A stretch of 64,000 nucleotides of DNA from Patescibacteria group bacterium (GCA_028716485.1 JAQUPS010000001.1:11935-75934); one strand, 5' to 3'. Positions 8,659 through 17,739 are shown, counted from the stretch's first letter. Numbers and translations are program-made. The notes: generated by a model not told the origin, from the letters alone.

Positions 8659-11079
8659 TCACCTCTTCGCCCCCGAATACGCGATCGCTCGCACAATATC
8701 CCATTCTCGGGCCGTGGCCGGAGTCCGATGATAAATGAAGCGGAAAGATTTGATGGCGGCTTTTTCGCTGTTAATATTCCGGGCGGCCGGCCTTAGGCCG
8801 TAGGCCATGATGGTAACGGCGGCATTGTCGTGCGTATTATTCATGTCCGGATTTCTGCCATAGACAATCTTGAAATTAATTTTGGCCCGGGCTTCGGCGG
8901 TGGCGCTTCTTTGGGTCGGCCAGCGGCCATTGCCGATTTTTACCACATCCTGCCAATCCAATTCCGAGCCGGGCATCCGGCCAAAAGCTGACAAGAAAGA
9001 AGCGATTGAACCGGCGCGCTCCCCTGCTCCCAAAATTAAAGTTGTCGGCGTCCCGGACTGGATAAAATTGGCGATAATTCTTTTCTGCGCGTCAGATTGC
9101 GACGGAGCTTCGACGATAAGCTTGGCATAAGAAGTTTGCGCGCCGGAAGACAAAGAAGCATAAGTTGTCCGGGAAATTATCAAGCCGGCTTCGCTCAAAG
9201 ATATCTGATTAACCGTAGCCGAGGAAGCGCCAATCAAAGTTGCCGGAGTGGAAATGGAATTTTTATTTTCTTGATTGGTAACGGCAGGCGCGGCAGCAAT
9301 CGGAGTTACAACAGGATTCGCCGGAGGCGCAACCACTGGTGGAACGACTGACGCGGCATTTCCTTCTGAACTTCCGCTGCCGGAACCGCTGCTCCCCGAA
9401 GAACTTCCCGAACTTCCGCTGCCGGAAGAACCGCCGCTGACGGGCGGGGTGACCGCCGGCGCGGGCGGAGGAGTTGTTTCGGCCGGCGGAGTAATCGTCC
9501 CTGAAACATATTCGTAAGCGCCGATGTCCCAGGCCGAACCTTGCGGACGGGAAACATCATTTTTATCATTGCTGAAACCGGAAATTGCCTGTCCGGCATC
9601 AATGGCGGCGCTGCCGGCTTGCAGGCGCAAATCCATCTGCTGGCAATTCAATGGATACTCCGAAGTGTCGATAAATTTAATCGAATCGAGCGAAGAAAAA
9701 ATCAAACCATGCGCTTCATAACCCTGCTTCTGCCAATCGGCGAAATTCCAATTTCCCCAAGGATTCGCCCGCGTCACGTATCTGTCCGCTTGCGGTACGT
9801 AAGCGGCGTTATAATCCATTTGTAAATTTAACAAATCCTGAGCGTCGTTGTCGTAAGTCATCGCCCCGGATGCAGCAATCAGATTATTTCGGATATCATT
9901 GCCCCCGCCGGAAGCCAGGGAAACTCCGGCGGCGCGCGTCGAATAAATCGTATTGTTGTAAAATTTCGTGCCTTGCGAAGTCCAATTAAATCCGACCGTG
10001 ATATAGCTGTGCGGATTGATAAAAACATTATTGCGGATTATTGTATGGTCGGCGTAAGACAAAAATATCATCGCCGTGCCGCCATAGCCGTGATTGGTAA
10101 AATCAATATTATTGTAAAAAAGATTTCCTTCGACGATATTGCCGGCCGGCCGCGCGTAAGTCGCGTCGCTGTCCCCGCCTCGCCTGATGAAAATAAAATC
10201 CGTATGCGGCGGATCGACTTTGGTATCGCCGTAAAAATTCTGGTCGTATTGATAGATATCGTGGATGGAATTGCCGCGCAAAATATTTCTGACCGAAGCG
10301 ATCAGGTGATCGGGCGCGACATCGATCCCCCAGGTGATATAATCATGGATATTATTATTTTCAATCACGCAGTCCTGCGCGCCGGCCAAAGCTATGCCCG
10401 TGCCGCCGATTTTGGTTATTTCGTTGCCGGAAATTTCACAGTCGCTGGTTCGCAAAAAACCGATGCCTTCGCCTTGCGGAGTGATCGATCCGCCATTCTG
10501 CCAATAACCGTTATCGTGGATATAGCAACCGGCAATAGTGATGTGATCGGAAGTATCGGCAAAATTAATGCCGATTCCCGAAGCCCAGGGCGCTGGCGCG
10601 TTAACTCCCATATTCCTGATTTCAAAAGAATTTATTTCCACATAAGACCGGACATTGGAAGATTTAAAACCGAACATCAATGTTCCGCCGCCGTCAATTA
10701 TCGCCTTTCCCGTTCCCCAAGCGCCACTGGAATTGCCGTCATAGACAATCGGATTGCCGGACGTTCCGCTCCAATTAATGTTTATCTGCCCGGAATAGAC
10801 GACGCCGCCCTTGAAAATAATTTCATCGCCGGCTTGCGGAGTTTTGCTCAAAGAAATCCCGGCGGCATTCGGATCGCCCGGACAATGTTTCCAAGCAGCG
10901 TCGATTGAGGTTCCGGGGTTGGCATCATCGCCGCTGGTAAAATCAACATAATAAGTCGCGCCCGAAGCGGCCGAGGCTTTGGGCGAGTAAATTATTAAAA
11001 ATATAAATATAAAACTTAGAAGAAAAAACGCTTTTAACCAAATATTTTTAGCTATTTGTCTGCTTGAATTTTTAATCAT
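8659..11079 (-). CDS. Large secreted/surface protein: signal peptide, right-handed parallel beta-helix (pectate-lyase-like repeats), Gly/Ser-rich linker, C-terminal domain of unknown function
   Basis: Repeated NNNIHD / GNSIHD / GNEITKIGGTGI beta-helix rungs; linker SGGSSGSGSSGSSSGSSGSGSGSS; 806 aa. Confidence 0.7.
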   Translation of the reverse strand: MIKNSSRQIAKNIWLKAFFLLSFIFIFLIIYSPKASAASGATYYVDFTSGDDANPGTSIDAAWKHCPGDPNAAGISLSKTPQAGDEIIFKGGVVYSGQININWSGTSGNPIVYDGNSSGAWGTGKAIIDGGGTLMFGFKSSNVRSYVEINSFEIRNMGVNAPAPWASGIGINFADTSDHITIAGCYIHDNGYWQNGGSITPQGEGIGFLRTSDCEISGNEITKIGGTGIALAGAQDCVIENNNIHDYITWGIDVAPDHLIASVRNILRGNSIHDIYQYDQNFYGDTKVDPPHTDFIFIRRGGDSDATYARPAGNIVEGNLFYNNIDFTNHGYGGTAMIFLSYADHTIIRNNVFINPHSYITVGFNWTSQGTKFYNNTIYSTRAAGVSLASGGGNDIRNNLIAASGAMTYDNDAQDLLNLQMDYNAAYVPQADRYVTRANPWGNWNFADWQKQGYEAHGLIFSSLDSIKFIDTSEYPLNCQQMDLRLQAGSAAIDAGQAISGFSNDKNDVSRPQGSAWDIGAYEYVSGTITPPAETTPPPAPAVTPPVSGGSSGSGSSGSSSGSSGSGSGSSEGNAASVVPPVVAPPANPVVTPIAAAPAVTNQENKNSISTPATLIGASSATVNQISLSEAGLIISRTTYASLSSGAQTSYAKLIVEAPSQSDAQKRIIANFIQSGTPTTLILGAGERAGSIASFLSAFGRMPGSELDWQDVVKIGNGRWPTQRSATAEARAKINFKIVYGRNPDMNNTHDNAAVTIMAYGLRPAARNINSEKAAIKSFRFIYHRTPATAREWDIVRAIAYSGAKR

Positions 11080-11153
11080 AAAATCAATATTTAATGAATT
11101 AAAATTGTCAGAATATTATACTACATTTTGGTAAAACAATAAAGTCCAATCTG

Positions 11154-11229
11154 GCTCGGGGCTTTCGGCGCAAGGCTCAAGGTCTGCATAAAATCATTGA
11201 CCTTGCGCCCTGAGCCCAAAGCCCTGCGC
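11154..11229. repeat. ~76-bp GC-rich palindromic element (copy B), 3' of ndk and upstream of the beta-helix gene
   Basis: gctcggggctttcggcgcaaggctcaaggtc...gaccttgcgccctgagcccaaagccctgcgc; arms pair over about 25 bp. Confidence 0.7.
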
Positions 11230-11293
11230 TAAAAAATCAAACAAAAACCACCACCCTTTTAAGGGCGGTGGCTAGGTCAAAATAATTCTTAAT

Positions 11294-11905
11294 TCATTCT
11301 CTGATTCCGTCCAGGTTCACGTCATAAATCATCCTTTCCTGAATATGATTGTATTCCAGCAGTTCCTCATCGCGGAACCAGATCTTTATTTCTTTGGCGG
11401 CTTCGGCGGGATTGCCCGAAGCGTGAATCAGATTGCGGACACTGCGAGCGTCAGTGTCGGCCGCCTGATAAGAATCAATGGTAAAATCGCCGCGGATCGT
11501 GCCGACATCGGAGGATAGCGGCTCGGTCGCGCCGGTCAATTTGCGAACAACGGCACAGGCCTGATTGCCTTCCCAAACCATGCAGATCACCGGTCCGGCC
11601 GAAAGATATTTGGCATTGGCTTTCAGAACCGCCCAGCCATTATCTTTATTGGTGGCATAGGGCGACTTCATTCCCTTTTTTTCATAAGCGACGCGGGCTT
11701 TGGCGCCGACCGCTTCCAGCCATTCGTCGCCGCCGACTTCGTGATAATGCTTGATGGCGTGGTCTTCGGAAGGAATAACCATTTTCAAAGCGACCAATTT
11801 CAAACCGACCCGCTCGTAGCGGCCGACGATTTCGCCGACCAGCGAGCGCTGGATGCCGTCCGGCTTGATGATAACCAAAGTCCGTTCTCGTTTGACGATA
11901 GGCAT
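11294..11905 (-). CDS. ndk: Nucleoside diphosphate kinase (with internal insertion)
   Basis: ERTLVIIKPDGIQRSLVGEIVGRYE, catalytic-His region NLIHASGNPAEA, GTIRGDF. Confidence 0.85.
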   Translation of the reverse strand: MPIVKRERTLVIIKPDGIQRSLVGEIVGRYERVGLKLVALKMVIPSEDHAIKHYHEVGGDEWLEAVGAKARVAYEKKGMKSPYATNKDNGWAVLKANAKYLSAGPVICMVWEGNQACAVVRKLTGATEPLSSDVGTIRGDFTIDSYQAADTDARSVRNLIHASGNPAEAAKEIKIWFRDEELLEYNHIQERMIYDVNLDGIRE

Positions 11906-12020
11906 AAAATTATAATGCTAATTTCGCGAATAATATATTTATTAAAAAAATAATTGGCTCTTAAACACCAATTTCCGCTGTTTATAATTATAACAACTGA
12001 AAGAAAAAATGCAATGGCGA

Positions 12021-12058
12021 TAAAAAACCCGGATGATGCTTGAAGCAAAATCCGGGTA
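12021..12058 (-). terminator. Rho-independent terminator after the purF-like gene
   Basis: Minus strand: ACCCGGAT-loop-ATCCGGGT followed by TTTTTTAT. Confidence 0.7.
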
Positions 12059-12064
12059 TGCTGG

Positions 12065-13549
12065 CTAATTAATGGAATGTGGCAAGACAGGATATTTTCC
12101 TCCGAAACACCCGCCGCAAATTCCGCAATTATAGGTTTCTTTCACGCACCACATAAGATCGGCGAGAGAGAGATAATACAATTTGTCGGCGCCAATTTCC
12201 TTGCGAACCGCTTCCTTGTCCTTTTGAAAAGCGACTAATTCCCGGCAAGTCTGGAAATCCATCCCGTTGGGACAAATATTCCTGATCGGCGGAAATCCCA
12301 CGCAAAAAATCACTTTTCTGGCGCCGGCGGCGCGCAGCATTTCAATCACCGCCTTGGCCGTATTGCTGCGCACAATTGAATCGTCCACGACAATCACCGT
12401 CCGCCCGTTCACCGCTTCTTTTTTCAGATGCAATTTTTTACGGACCACATTCACTCTTTCTTCCGTGTTCACGCAAGTGAACGACCTGGATTGCCCGCCC
12501 AGCGGACCGTGCGCGCGCTGCAAAATTTCCTCGTAAATCTCTTCGTAGCGGAAGCCGGTTTGAGCCAAGTGGCGAGCCAATCCTTCGGCAAAATGCTTGC
12601 CCGAATCAAGGATGGGGACGACCAGCGGCTTATCATACAAATCCTGTTCGCTTAGACGGCTACCCATTGTCTGGCCGATCAAGCGCCGGAAATCTTCATG
12701 ATAAACGCCATTGATTTGGGAACGCGGATTGGAAAAATAAATCGCTTCGAAGATGCAGAGACACGGATCAGGCTCGGCGTAAATCACGCTTTTTGGTTTG
12801 AGCTTGCCTTTTTCGAAAATCACCATTTCACCCGGCAGCACATCCCGCCAATACTCGGCGTCAGGAAATTGGTCAAAGGCCACGGTTTCCGAACAGACCA
12901 AATGCCCTTTGTCGATTTTAGCCAGAGAAAGCGGCCGGTTGCCAAACCGGTCGCGGATGGCGAAAATCCTCTCGCTATTGATGATCAAGAGCGAATACGA
13001 ACAGGCGATTTTTTGCACCGCGGAAACAACAGCCTTCTCAATATCGTTCTTGCCGGACTGGAGAATCAGGTGAATAAAATTTTCCGTATCAGTAGTCGTA
13101 TTGTAAGCGGCTCCGGCGCGGATCAATCCGGCTTTTATTCTTTCGACATTAACCAATGTTCCGTTATGCGCTATTGCCAGGGGTCCGTATTTAGATTCGA
13201 CCAATGTCAATGGCTGAACATTGGCCACGAAATCCGGATCGCCTTGTGTCGCGTAACGGCAATGGCCGATCGCCGCGGTTCCGCGCAGTTCTGTCTGAAA
13301 ACGCGTTTGATCATACCAGCGGAACTGAACGCTGAACGGCCCGATACGCCGCCGATGATCCAATTTACCGGCATGGCAAGCGACGATTCCGCCGCCCCGC
13401 TCGCCTCTTCGTTCGATAGAATTAATCATCTGCGCGGTCATCCAGGAAGCATCAGACACGTTAATCGCCGCGGCCAAGCCGCAGCTTTCCGGCATCACTT
13501 CCCGCAGATCGTCATCCAAATCCCGGTTATTGAAACAAAGTATTCTCAT
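12065..13549 (-). CDS. purF: Amidophosphoribosyltransferase-like (class II glutamine amidotransferase + type I PRTase domain)
   Basis: Ntn-type Cys after a propeptide (ESCGLAAAI), GHCRYATQG, PRTase motif IVVDDSIVRSNTAKAVIEML, C-terminal Cys cluster. A real SD AGGGAGGGG lies upstream. Confidence 0.7.
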   Translation of the reverse strand: MRILCFNNRDLDDDLREVMPESCGLAAAINVSDASWMTAQMINSIERRGERGGGIVACHAGKLDHRRRIGPFSVQFRWYDQTRFQTELRGTAAIGHCRYATQGDPDFVANVQPLTLVESKYGPLAIAHNGTLVNVERIKAGLIRAGAAYNTTTDTENFIHLILQSGKNDIEKAVVSAVQKIACSYSLLIINSERIFAIRDRFGNRPLSLAKIDKGHLVCSETVAFDQFPDAEYWRDVLPGEMVIFEKGKLKPKSVIYAEPDPCLCIFEAIYFSNPRSQINGVYHEDFRRLIGQTMGSRLSEQDLYDKPLVVPILDSGKHFAEGLARHLAQTGFRYEEIYEEILQRAHGPLGGQSRSFTCVNTEERVNVVRKKLHLKKEAVNGRTVIVVDDSIVRSNTAKAVIEMLRAAGARKVIFCVGFPPIRNICPNGMDFQTCRELVAFQKDKEAVRKEIGADKLYYLSLADLMWCVKETYNCGICGGCFGGKYPVLPHSIN

Positions 13550-13593
13550 TTGCCCCTCCCTTGTTTTATATCATTAATGAAAAGAACTGGAAC

Positions 13594-13755
13594 CAGAACC
13601 CATCTCAAAAATAATCTCCGGCTCGTTTTCGGTCTTTTTTGGCTGCAAAATCCGAAAATTTCGTCAGTATAGCCCGCTATTCCTCCTCAATTTTCGGATT
13701 TTTCGCCTAAAAAATCCGCGAAAACGACCAGAAGCTATTTTTGAGATGGGTTCTG
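13594..13755. repeat. 162-bp nested inverted repeat (20-bp perfect outer arms CAGAACCCATCTCAAAAATA, 14-bp perfect inner arms AAAATCCGAAAATT); candidate MITE or structured RNA
   Basis: Outer arms at 13594-13613 and 13736-13755; inner arms at 13648-13661 and 13689-13702; 27-nt loop. Confidence 0.7.
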
Positions 13756-13893
13756 ATTATTTTATTCTTAAACTGAAAAAATATCAAGAGCAAAAAATCA
13801 CGTAACCCATATCACACAACACGTAACGGTACTAAAAATATTTTCTTGACAATTTTAATTTTTTTTCTTCCGGCGCAATGAGCAGATTTTTTT

Positions 13894-13984
13894 GTTACGT
13901 GTTACGTGTTACGTGTTACGTGTTACGTGTTACGTGTTACGTGTTACGTGTTACGTGTTACGTGTTACGTGTTACGTGTTACGT
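13894..13984. repeat. Tandem heptamer array, 13 x GTTACGT, abutting the stop codon of the 13984..14838 gene
   Basis: Exact 7-nt periodicity over 91 nt. The + ORFs MLRVTCYV... in the track are translation artefacts of this array. Confidence 0.95.
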
Positions 13985-14838
13985 TACCTCTTGCTTCTTA
14001 CTTCAATTTTCGTCCCGTCGCTGGTGATTTTGACCGTACCATTGAGATCGGTGCGGAAAATTTTCGCGCCGGCTTTTTGCAATCGCCAGAGCGTGTCGGC
14101 CTTGGGAAAACCGAATTGATTATTCAGGCCGCATTCGATGACGGCGATTTGCGGCGCGACAACGCGCAAAAAATCCAGCGAGGAGGAAGTTTCCGAACCG
14201 TGATGGCCGACTTTGAGAACGTCGGATTTTAGATTAATTTTTTCGGCAAGCAATTCGGCTTCGGTCTTATCGCCAGCGTCGCCGGTAAATAAAAAAATTT
14301 TATTTTTATAAACCAAGCGCGTGACGATAGAATCTTCATTCAAATCCGCGCCCAAATCGTTTTTGCCCGGATAGATGATTTCTAGAACCAGATCATCGCC
14401 CAAAGTTATTTCTTCCTCGCCGACCGCGATAATCACCGGCGTTTCCTTTGCCGCCCGCACTTTTAAAAATTCTTCAAAGGGCGGAGCGTTACTGGAGGCG
14501 TTGGTCATCAAAATCCGGTCAACGCGGTATTTTTTCAAAACATCGATCAAGCCGGAAATATGATCGTCGTGCGGATGAGTGTTGATTACCAAATCGATAT
14601 GCCGGTCAAGCCAGGGCAAGTTTCTTCCCAGCTCGGAAAGAACTTTATTATCCGGCCCGCCGTCGATCAGAATATTCTGCCCATACGGCGTCTTGATCAA
14701 TTCCGCGTCGCCTTGCCCGACATCCAAAAAGTCAACTTCCAAAAATTTCTGCGGATGATAAAAAAATAAAAAAAGGCAAATACCTAAAAGGGTTATTGCC
14801 GCGCCGCCTAATAAAAAAAATTTTGCCCTCCTTTGCAT
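13984..14838 (-). CDS. ComEC/Rec2-type metallo-beta-lactamase-fold hydrolase with N-terminal TM anchor
   Basis: LDVGQGDAELI...INTHPHDDHISG...KVGHHGSETSSS. Confidence 0.8.
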   Translation of the reverse strand: MQRRAKFFLLGGAAITLLGICLFLFFYHPQKFLEVDFLDVGQGDAELIKTPYGQNILIDGGPDNKVLSELGRNLPWLDRHIDLVINTHPHDDHISGLIDVLKKYRVDRILMTNASSNAPPFEEFLKVRAAKETPVIIAVGEEEITLGDDLVLEIIYPGKNDLGADLNEDSIVTRLVYKNKIFLFTGDAGDKTEAELLAEKINLKSDVLKVGHHGSETSSSLDFLRVVAPQIAVIECGLNNQFGFPKADTLWRLQKAGAKIFRTDLNGTVKITSDGTKIEVRSKR

Positions 14839-14867
14839 AATAAAATTATAGCAAATTTTTCGTGTAA

Positions 14868-14895
14868 CCTAAAAACGGCCATTAAGCCGTTTTAG
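14868..14895 (-). terminator. Rho-independent terminator after the 14909..15568 gene
   Basis: AACGGC-cattaa-GCCGTT hairpin followed (minus sense) by TTTTT. Confidence 0.6.
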
Positions 14896-14908
14896 TTTGT
14901 AATAAACT

Positions 14909-15568
14909 TTATTTTGTAAATTTAAGCGAATATACTATCGCTTTCATCATAGCGTCTTGATTTTTAGGATTTCCTACGTCCATAGCTTCGAATCTGAAAA
15001 TTTTATTTCCTTTTTTGACGCTATAGGCATAAGCCCCCAAGGATACTGTCTCGGCAAACGCTCCATCGCTCGTAGGAATATTAATTTTAATAAAATCTTC
15101 GTGACTGTTTTCTACTCGCGCTTGTGATTTCTGCAACCAATCATTTATTGACGAATTATCAATTTGCGCAGATACAGCTACCGGCGCACGGAACGGATCG
15201 TTGTCGACAGGATCTTCTATTAAAAGTTGCCCGCCATTTTCCAAGGAACCATTATCAGCAGATAACGTTATCGACCAATTTTTCGGTGCGCTAATTTCAA
15301 AACTGTATTGTTTGTCTTTAAATGTTTGCCAACCGGCTTTATCAATCGCTACCGCATCAAGTTCCGCAAAGCTCGGATGAATTATTCCTAATGATTCCGA
15401 GGGCAAGGCGGTAGAAGCCTCAGGGGAAGAGCCGGATGTTTTCTGGGGCCATTGAATATTTTTACTTTCCTGCAAAACTATTTTTGATTGATATTCTTGG
15501 TAAATAACTATACCTGCTAAAATTAATAATAAAGCAAAGGCGCTTATAATAATTGAATTTTTTTTCAT
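14909..15568 (-). CDS. Hypothetical secreted/membrane-anchored protein
   Basis: N-terminal hydrophobic segment; no recognisable motif; long ORF with terminator. Confidence 0.5.
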   Translation of the reverse strand: MKKNSIIISAFALLLILAGIVIYQEYQSKIVLQESKNIQWPQKTSGSSPEASTALPSESLGIIHPSFAELDAVAIDKAGWQTFKDKQYSFEISAPKNWSITLSADNGSLENGGQLLIEDPVDNDPFRAPVAVSAQIDNSSINDWLQKSQARVENSHEDFIKINIPTSDGAFAETVSLGAYAYSVKKGNKIFRFEAMDVGNPKNQDAMMKAIVYSLKFTK

Positions 15569-15659
15569 AGTGGAAAATTATAATTATAATAATTTAGTCT
15601 AAATTTAAAATTTGATGGAGCGTTTAATTCTTAAACGCTCCATCTTGAACAACGGATTA

Positions 15660-16304
15660 CTAATGCGGCTGAACGTGATAGACAGTGTACCCCGTATTGA
15701 GACCGCCGGAATTGGGGCCAGTCCATTTAACAAAAGAATCACAGCAAACGGAATGCGTGCCCACCGAATCATGCCCCACATAATTACAGTCAAGCCAGGT
15801 CATATTTTTAGAGTCTTTACTGATCAAAAATGCCGTGTGCGGTCCGGTTGAATAAGATCCGTCTTTATAGCGGCACCGCCATCTCATCTGGATAATATCC
15901 ATACCATTCATACTTGAGGGCGAAACAGTTCCTCTGCTAACGACATTCACGCCAATGCAAGGATTGCCGCAATAATCATTACTCATCCAAGAACGATCAT
16001 TGTTAGTGTTATTTGGCAGCGTGATGCCGCTGGCTGCCAAGACAACGTTCGTGACCCACGGTTTGCATTCTACGCCGACATTTTTCCCGACATAATAAAG
16101 CCCGACACTAAAAAGCTTGGAATCTCTCGACGTTTGCGTCATGGCATTCCAGGTCTGAAGAAGCGTAGCGTCAATGCAATTTACAACCTTAGCCAGACCA
16201 TGAGGGGTCGACTGTTCTTTGCTGCCATTCACGGAGTAATTACTGTTTCCGCATCCGAAAATAGCAGCCGACAAAATGAGAGGCAGAATCAACTTCGTCT
16301 TCAT
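15660..16304 (-). CDS. Cys-rich lipoprotein (11 Cys), hypothetical
   Basis: Signal peptide + FGCG lipobox; SD AAAGGAGAT upstream; a 14-bp perfect palindrome (15627-15654) downstream. Confidence 0.55.
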   Translation of the reverse strand: MKTKLILPLILSAAIFGCGNSNYSVNGSKEQSTPHGLAKVVNCIDATLLQTWNAMTQTSRDSKLFSVGLYYVGKNVGVECKPWVTNVVLAASGITLPNNTNNDRSWMSNDYCGNPCIGVNVVSRGTVSPSSMNGMDIIQMRWRCRYKDGSYSTGPHTAFLISKDSKNMTWLDCNYVGHDSVGTHSVCCDSFVKWTGPNSGGLNTGYTVYHVQPH

Positions 16305-16502
16305 GATCGAATCTCCTTTGGTTTAAAATTTTTTTATTTCCTGACAATAGTAATTAATTTTGAAAAGAACAAACGCTGAAAGAACATCAACTCGAATCCA
16401 TTTTTTCTCCCTGTTAAGATTATATGATTAATTAACGACTATTAACAGGGTAGCAAAAAAAAATGGAATCCGTCAAACTTTAGTCAAATTATATTCTAAA
16501 AT

Positions 16503-16527
16503 GCAAAAACCGCCCGATCAAGGGCGA
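16503..16527 (-). terminator. Rho-independent terminator after rpsT
   Basis: CGCCC-ttgatc-GGGCG followed by TTTTTG on the minus strand. Confidence 0.65.
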
Positions 16528-16541
16528 TTTTTGAAGGAATT

Positions 16542-16811
16542 TTATTTGGCTTTTTTCATCTTGTTCAGGCGCAAGTTGAGGCGGGATTTGCGGCGGGCGG
16601 CGGTATTTTTCTTAATGACGCCTTTCTGGGCGGCCTTGTCGAGCGCTTTCATAGTCAATCTGACTAATTCAGCGGCTTTGGCATCCTTAGCTTCGATCGC
16701 CTTATGGCTTTTCTTGATCAAGTCTTTGATGCTCACTTCAATATTATTATTGAAGGCGCGGCGCTTGATGTTCTTGCGATACTCTTTCGCGGCTGATTTG
16801 ATATTAGGCAT
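16542..16811 (-). CDS. rpsT: 30S ribosomal protein S20
   Basis: MPNIKSAAKEYRKNIKRRAFNN...KGVIKKNTAARRKSRL. Confidence 0.85.
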   Translation of the reverse strand: MPNIKSAAKEYRKNIKRRAFNNNIEVSIKDLIKKSHKAIEAKDAKAAELVRLTMKALDKAAQKGVIKKNTAARRKSRLNLRLNKMKKAK

Positions 16812-16815
16812 AATT

Positions 16816-16857
16816 TTCGTATATCGTATGTCGTATATCGTATTTCGTATATCTCGA
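16816..16857. repeat. Heptamer array TACGA[AT/CA]A x5 running into the rpsT start codon
   Basis: Gene sense: ATACGAAATACGATATACGACATACGATATACGAAAATTATG. Confidence 0.85.
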
Positions 16858-16931
16858 CATAAATTATATTAATATTATTTTTTCATTTTGAGATTTTAAT
16901 TTTACATTCTCTTGTCTGGCTGCTGGGAATT

Positions 16932-16951
16932 CCTGCCTGCCGGCAGGCAGG
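16932..16951. repeat. CCTGCCTGCCGGCAGGCAGG palindrome (copy 2 of 4), between rpsT and tRNA-Pro
   Basis: Exact string flanked by GGAATT/GGGAAC. Confidence 0.9.
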
Positions 16952-17006
16952 GAACCCAATCGGCTTGTCTTCTTGCCAGGAACAACAAAAATTAATTTAC
17001 AACCTG

Positions 17007-17077
17007 TCGGGCTGCTGGGAATTGAACCCAGTCTACATGCTCCCAAAGCACGCGTACTACCGGTATACGACAGCCCG
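17007..17077 (-). tRNA. tRNA-Pro (anticodon UGG)
   Basis: Acceptor CGGGCTG/CAGCCCG, anticodon loop TTTGGGA, T-arm CTGGG-TTCAATT-CCCAG; manual fold. Confidence 0.7.
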
Positions 17078-17197
17078 TATCGGATATCAGATGTCGGATT
17101 TCAGATGTCGGATAAACCAGTTAAATAATTTTATTTAAACAAAATATTTTGAACACTAAATCCGATATCTGACTTCCGAAATCTGAAATCCGGTATG

Positions 17198-17269
17198 TGC
17201 CGAGGGTGAGAATCGGACTCACGACACAGCGATTTTCAGTCGCTTGCTCTACCACTGAGCTACCTCGGC
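17198..17269 (-). tRNA. tRNA-Phe (anticodon GAA)
   Basis: GCCGAGG-TA-GCTC-AGTGGTA-GAGC...anticodon loop CTGAAAA...GTGAG-TCCGATT-CTCAC-CCTCGGC-A. Confidence 0.85.
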
Positions 17270-17362
17270 CCTTCAAAGTGCAAAGTACGAGGTGCGAAGT
17301 GCGACTTGATTATATCAAAATATAATTCGCACTTCGAAATTTGCACTTCGAAATTTGGATTG

Positions 17363-17434
17363 TTGCGGGGGCCGGATTTGAACCGGCGACCTCCAGGTTA
17401 TGGGCCTGGCGAGCTGCCACTGCTCTACCCCGCG
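17363..17434 (-). tRNA. tRNA-Met (anticodon CAU) with an unpaired C1:A72 and A73; likely the initiator tRNA
   Basis: CGCGGGG...anticodon loop CCCATAA...CCCCGCA-A. A 1:72 mismatch is the bacterial initiator hallmark. The anticodon stem has only two of the three expected G-C pairs, and position 33 is C. Confidence 0.75.
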
Positions 17435-17537
17435 GCACTTCAATTGAAAATTAAAAAAGAAAAAAGAAAAAATTTAGTAATTATACCGGCGCAAATTATT
17501 TTTTCTTTTTTATTTTTTAATTTTTATTTGATTGGTG

Positions 17538-17611
17538 TGGGCAATGATGGAATCGAACCATCGACCTCGTCATTATCAGTGACGCGCTCTAGCCATCTGA
17601 GCTAATTGCCC
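17538..17611 (-). tRNA. tRNA-Ile (anticodon GAU)
   Basis: GGGCAAT-TA-GCTC-AGATGGCTA-GAGC...CTGATAA...GATGG-TTCGATT-CCATC-ATTGCCC-A. Confidence 0.85.
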
Positions 17612-17739
17612 TTCGTCCGCCGTAGCCTTGGCGGAGGCGGACTGCCCGCCTATATCAGTCTTATGGATACAAAAAATTGCCCCCATAAAGCTGATGGTAA
17701 TATAACAGAAGATTTTAAAAAAGACAAGGCCTGGCGCGG

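Noticed and set aside
13892-14232. ORFs 13892..14119 and 13906..14232 (MLRVTCYVLRVTCYV...) and a possible CRISPR array
   Set aside because: The peptide repeats are just the GTTACGT heptamer array read in frame. Period 7 with no unique spacers is incompatible with CRISPR, and the ORFs overlap the well-supported ComEC-type MBL gene on the other strand.
16864-17046. 60-aa minus ORF overlapping tRNA-Pro and the GC palindrome
   Set aside because: Overlaps a confidently folded tRNA and a repeat element; no start context.
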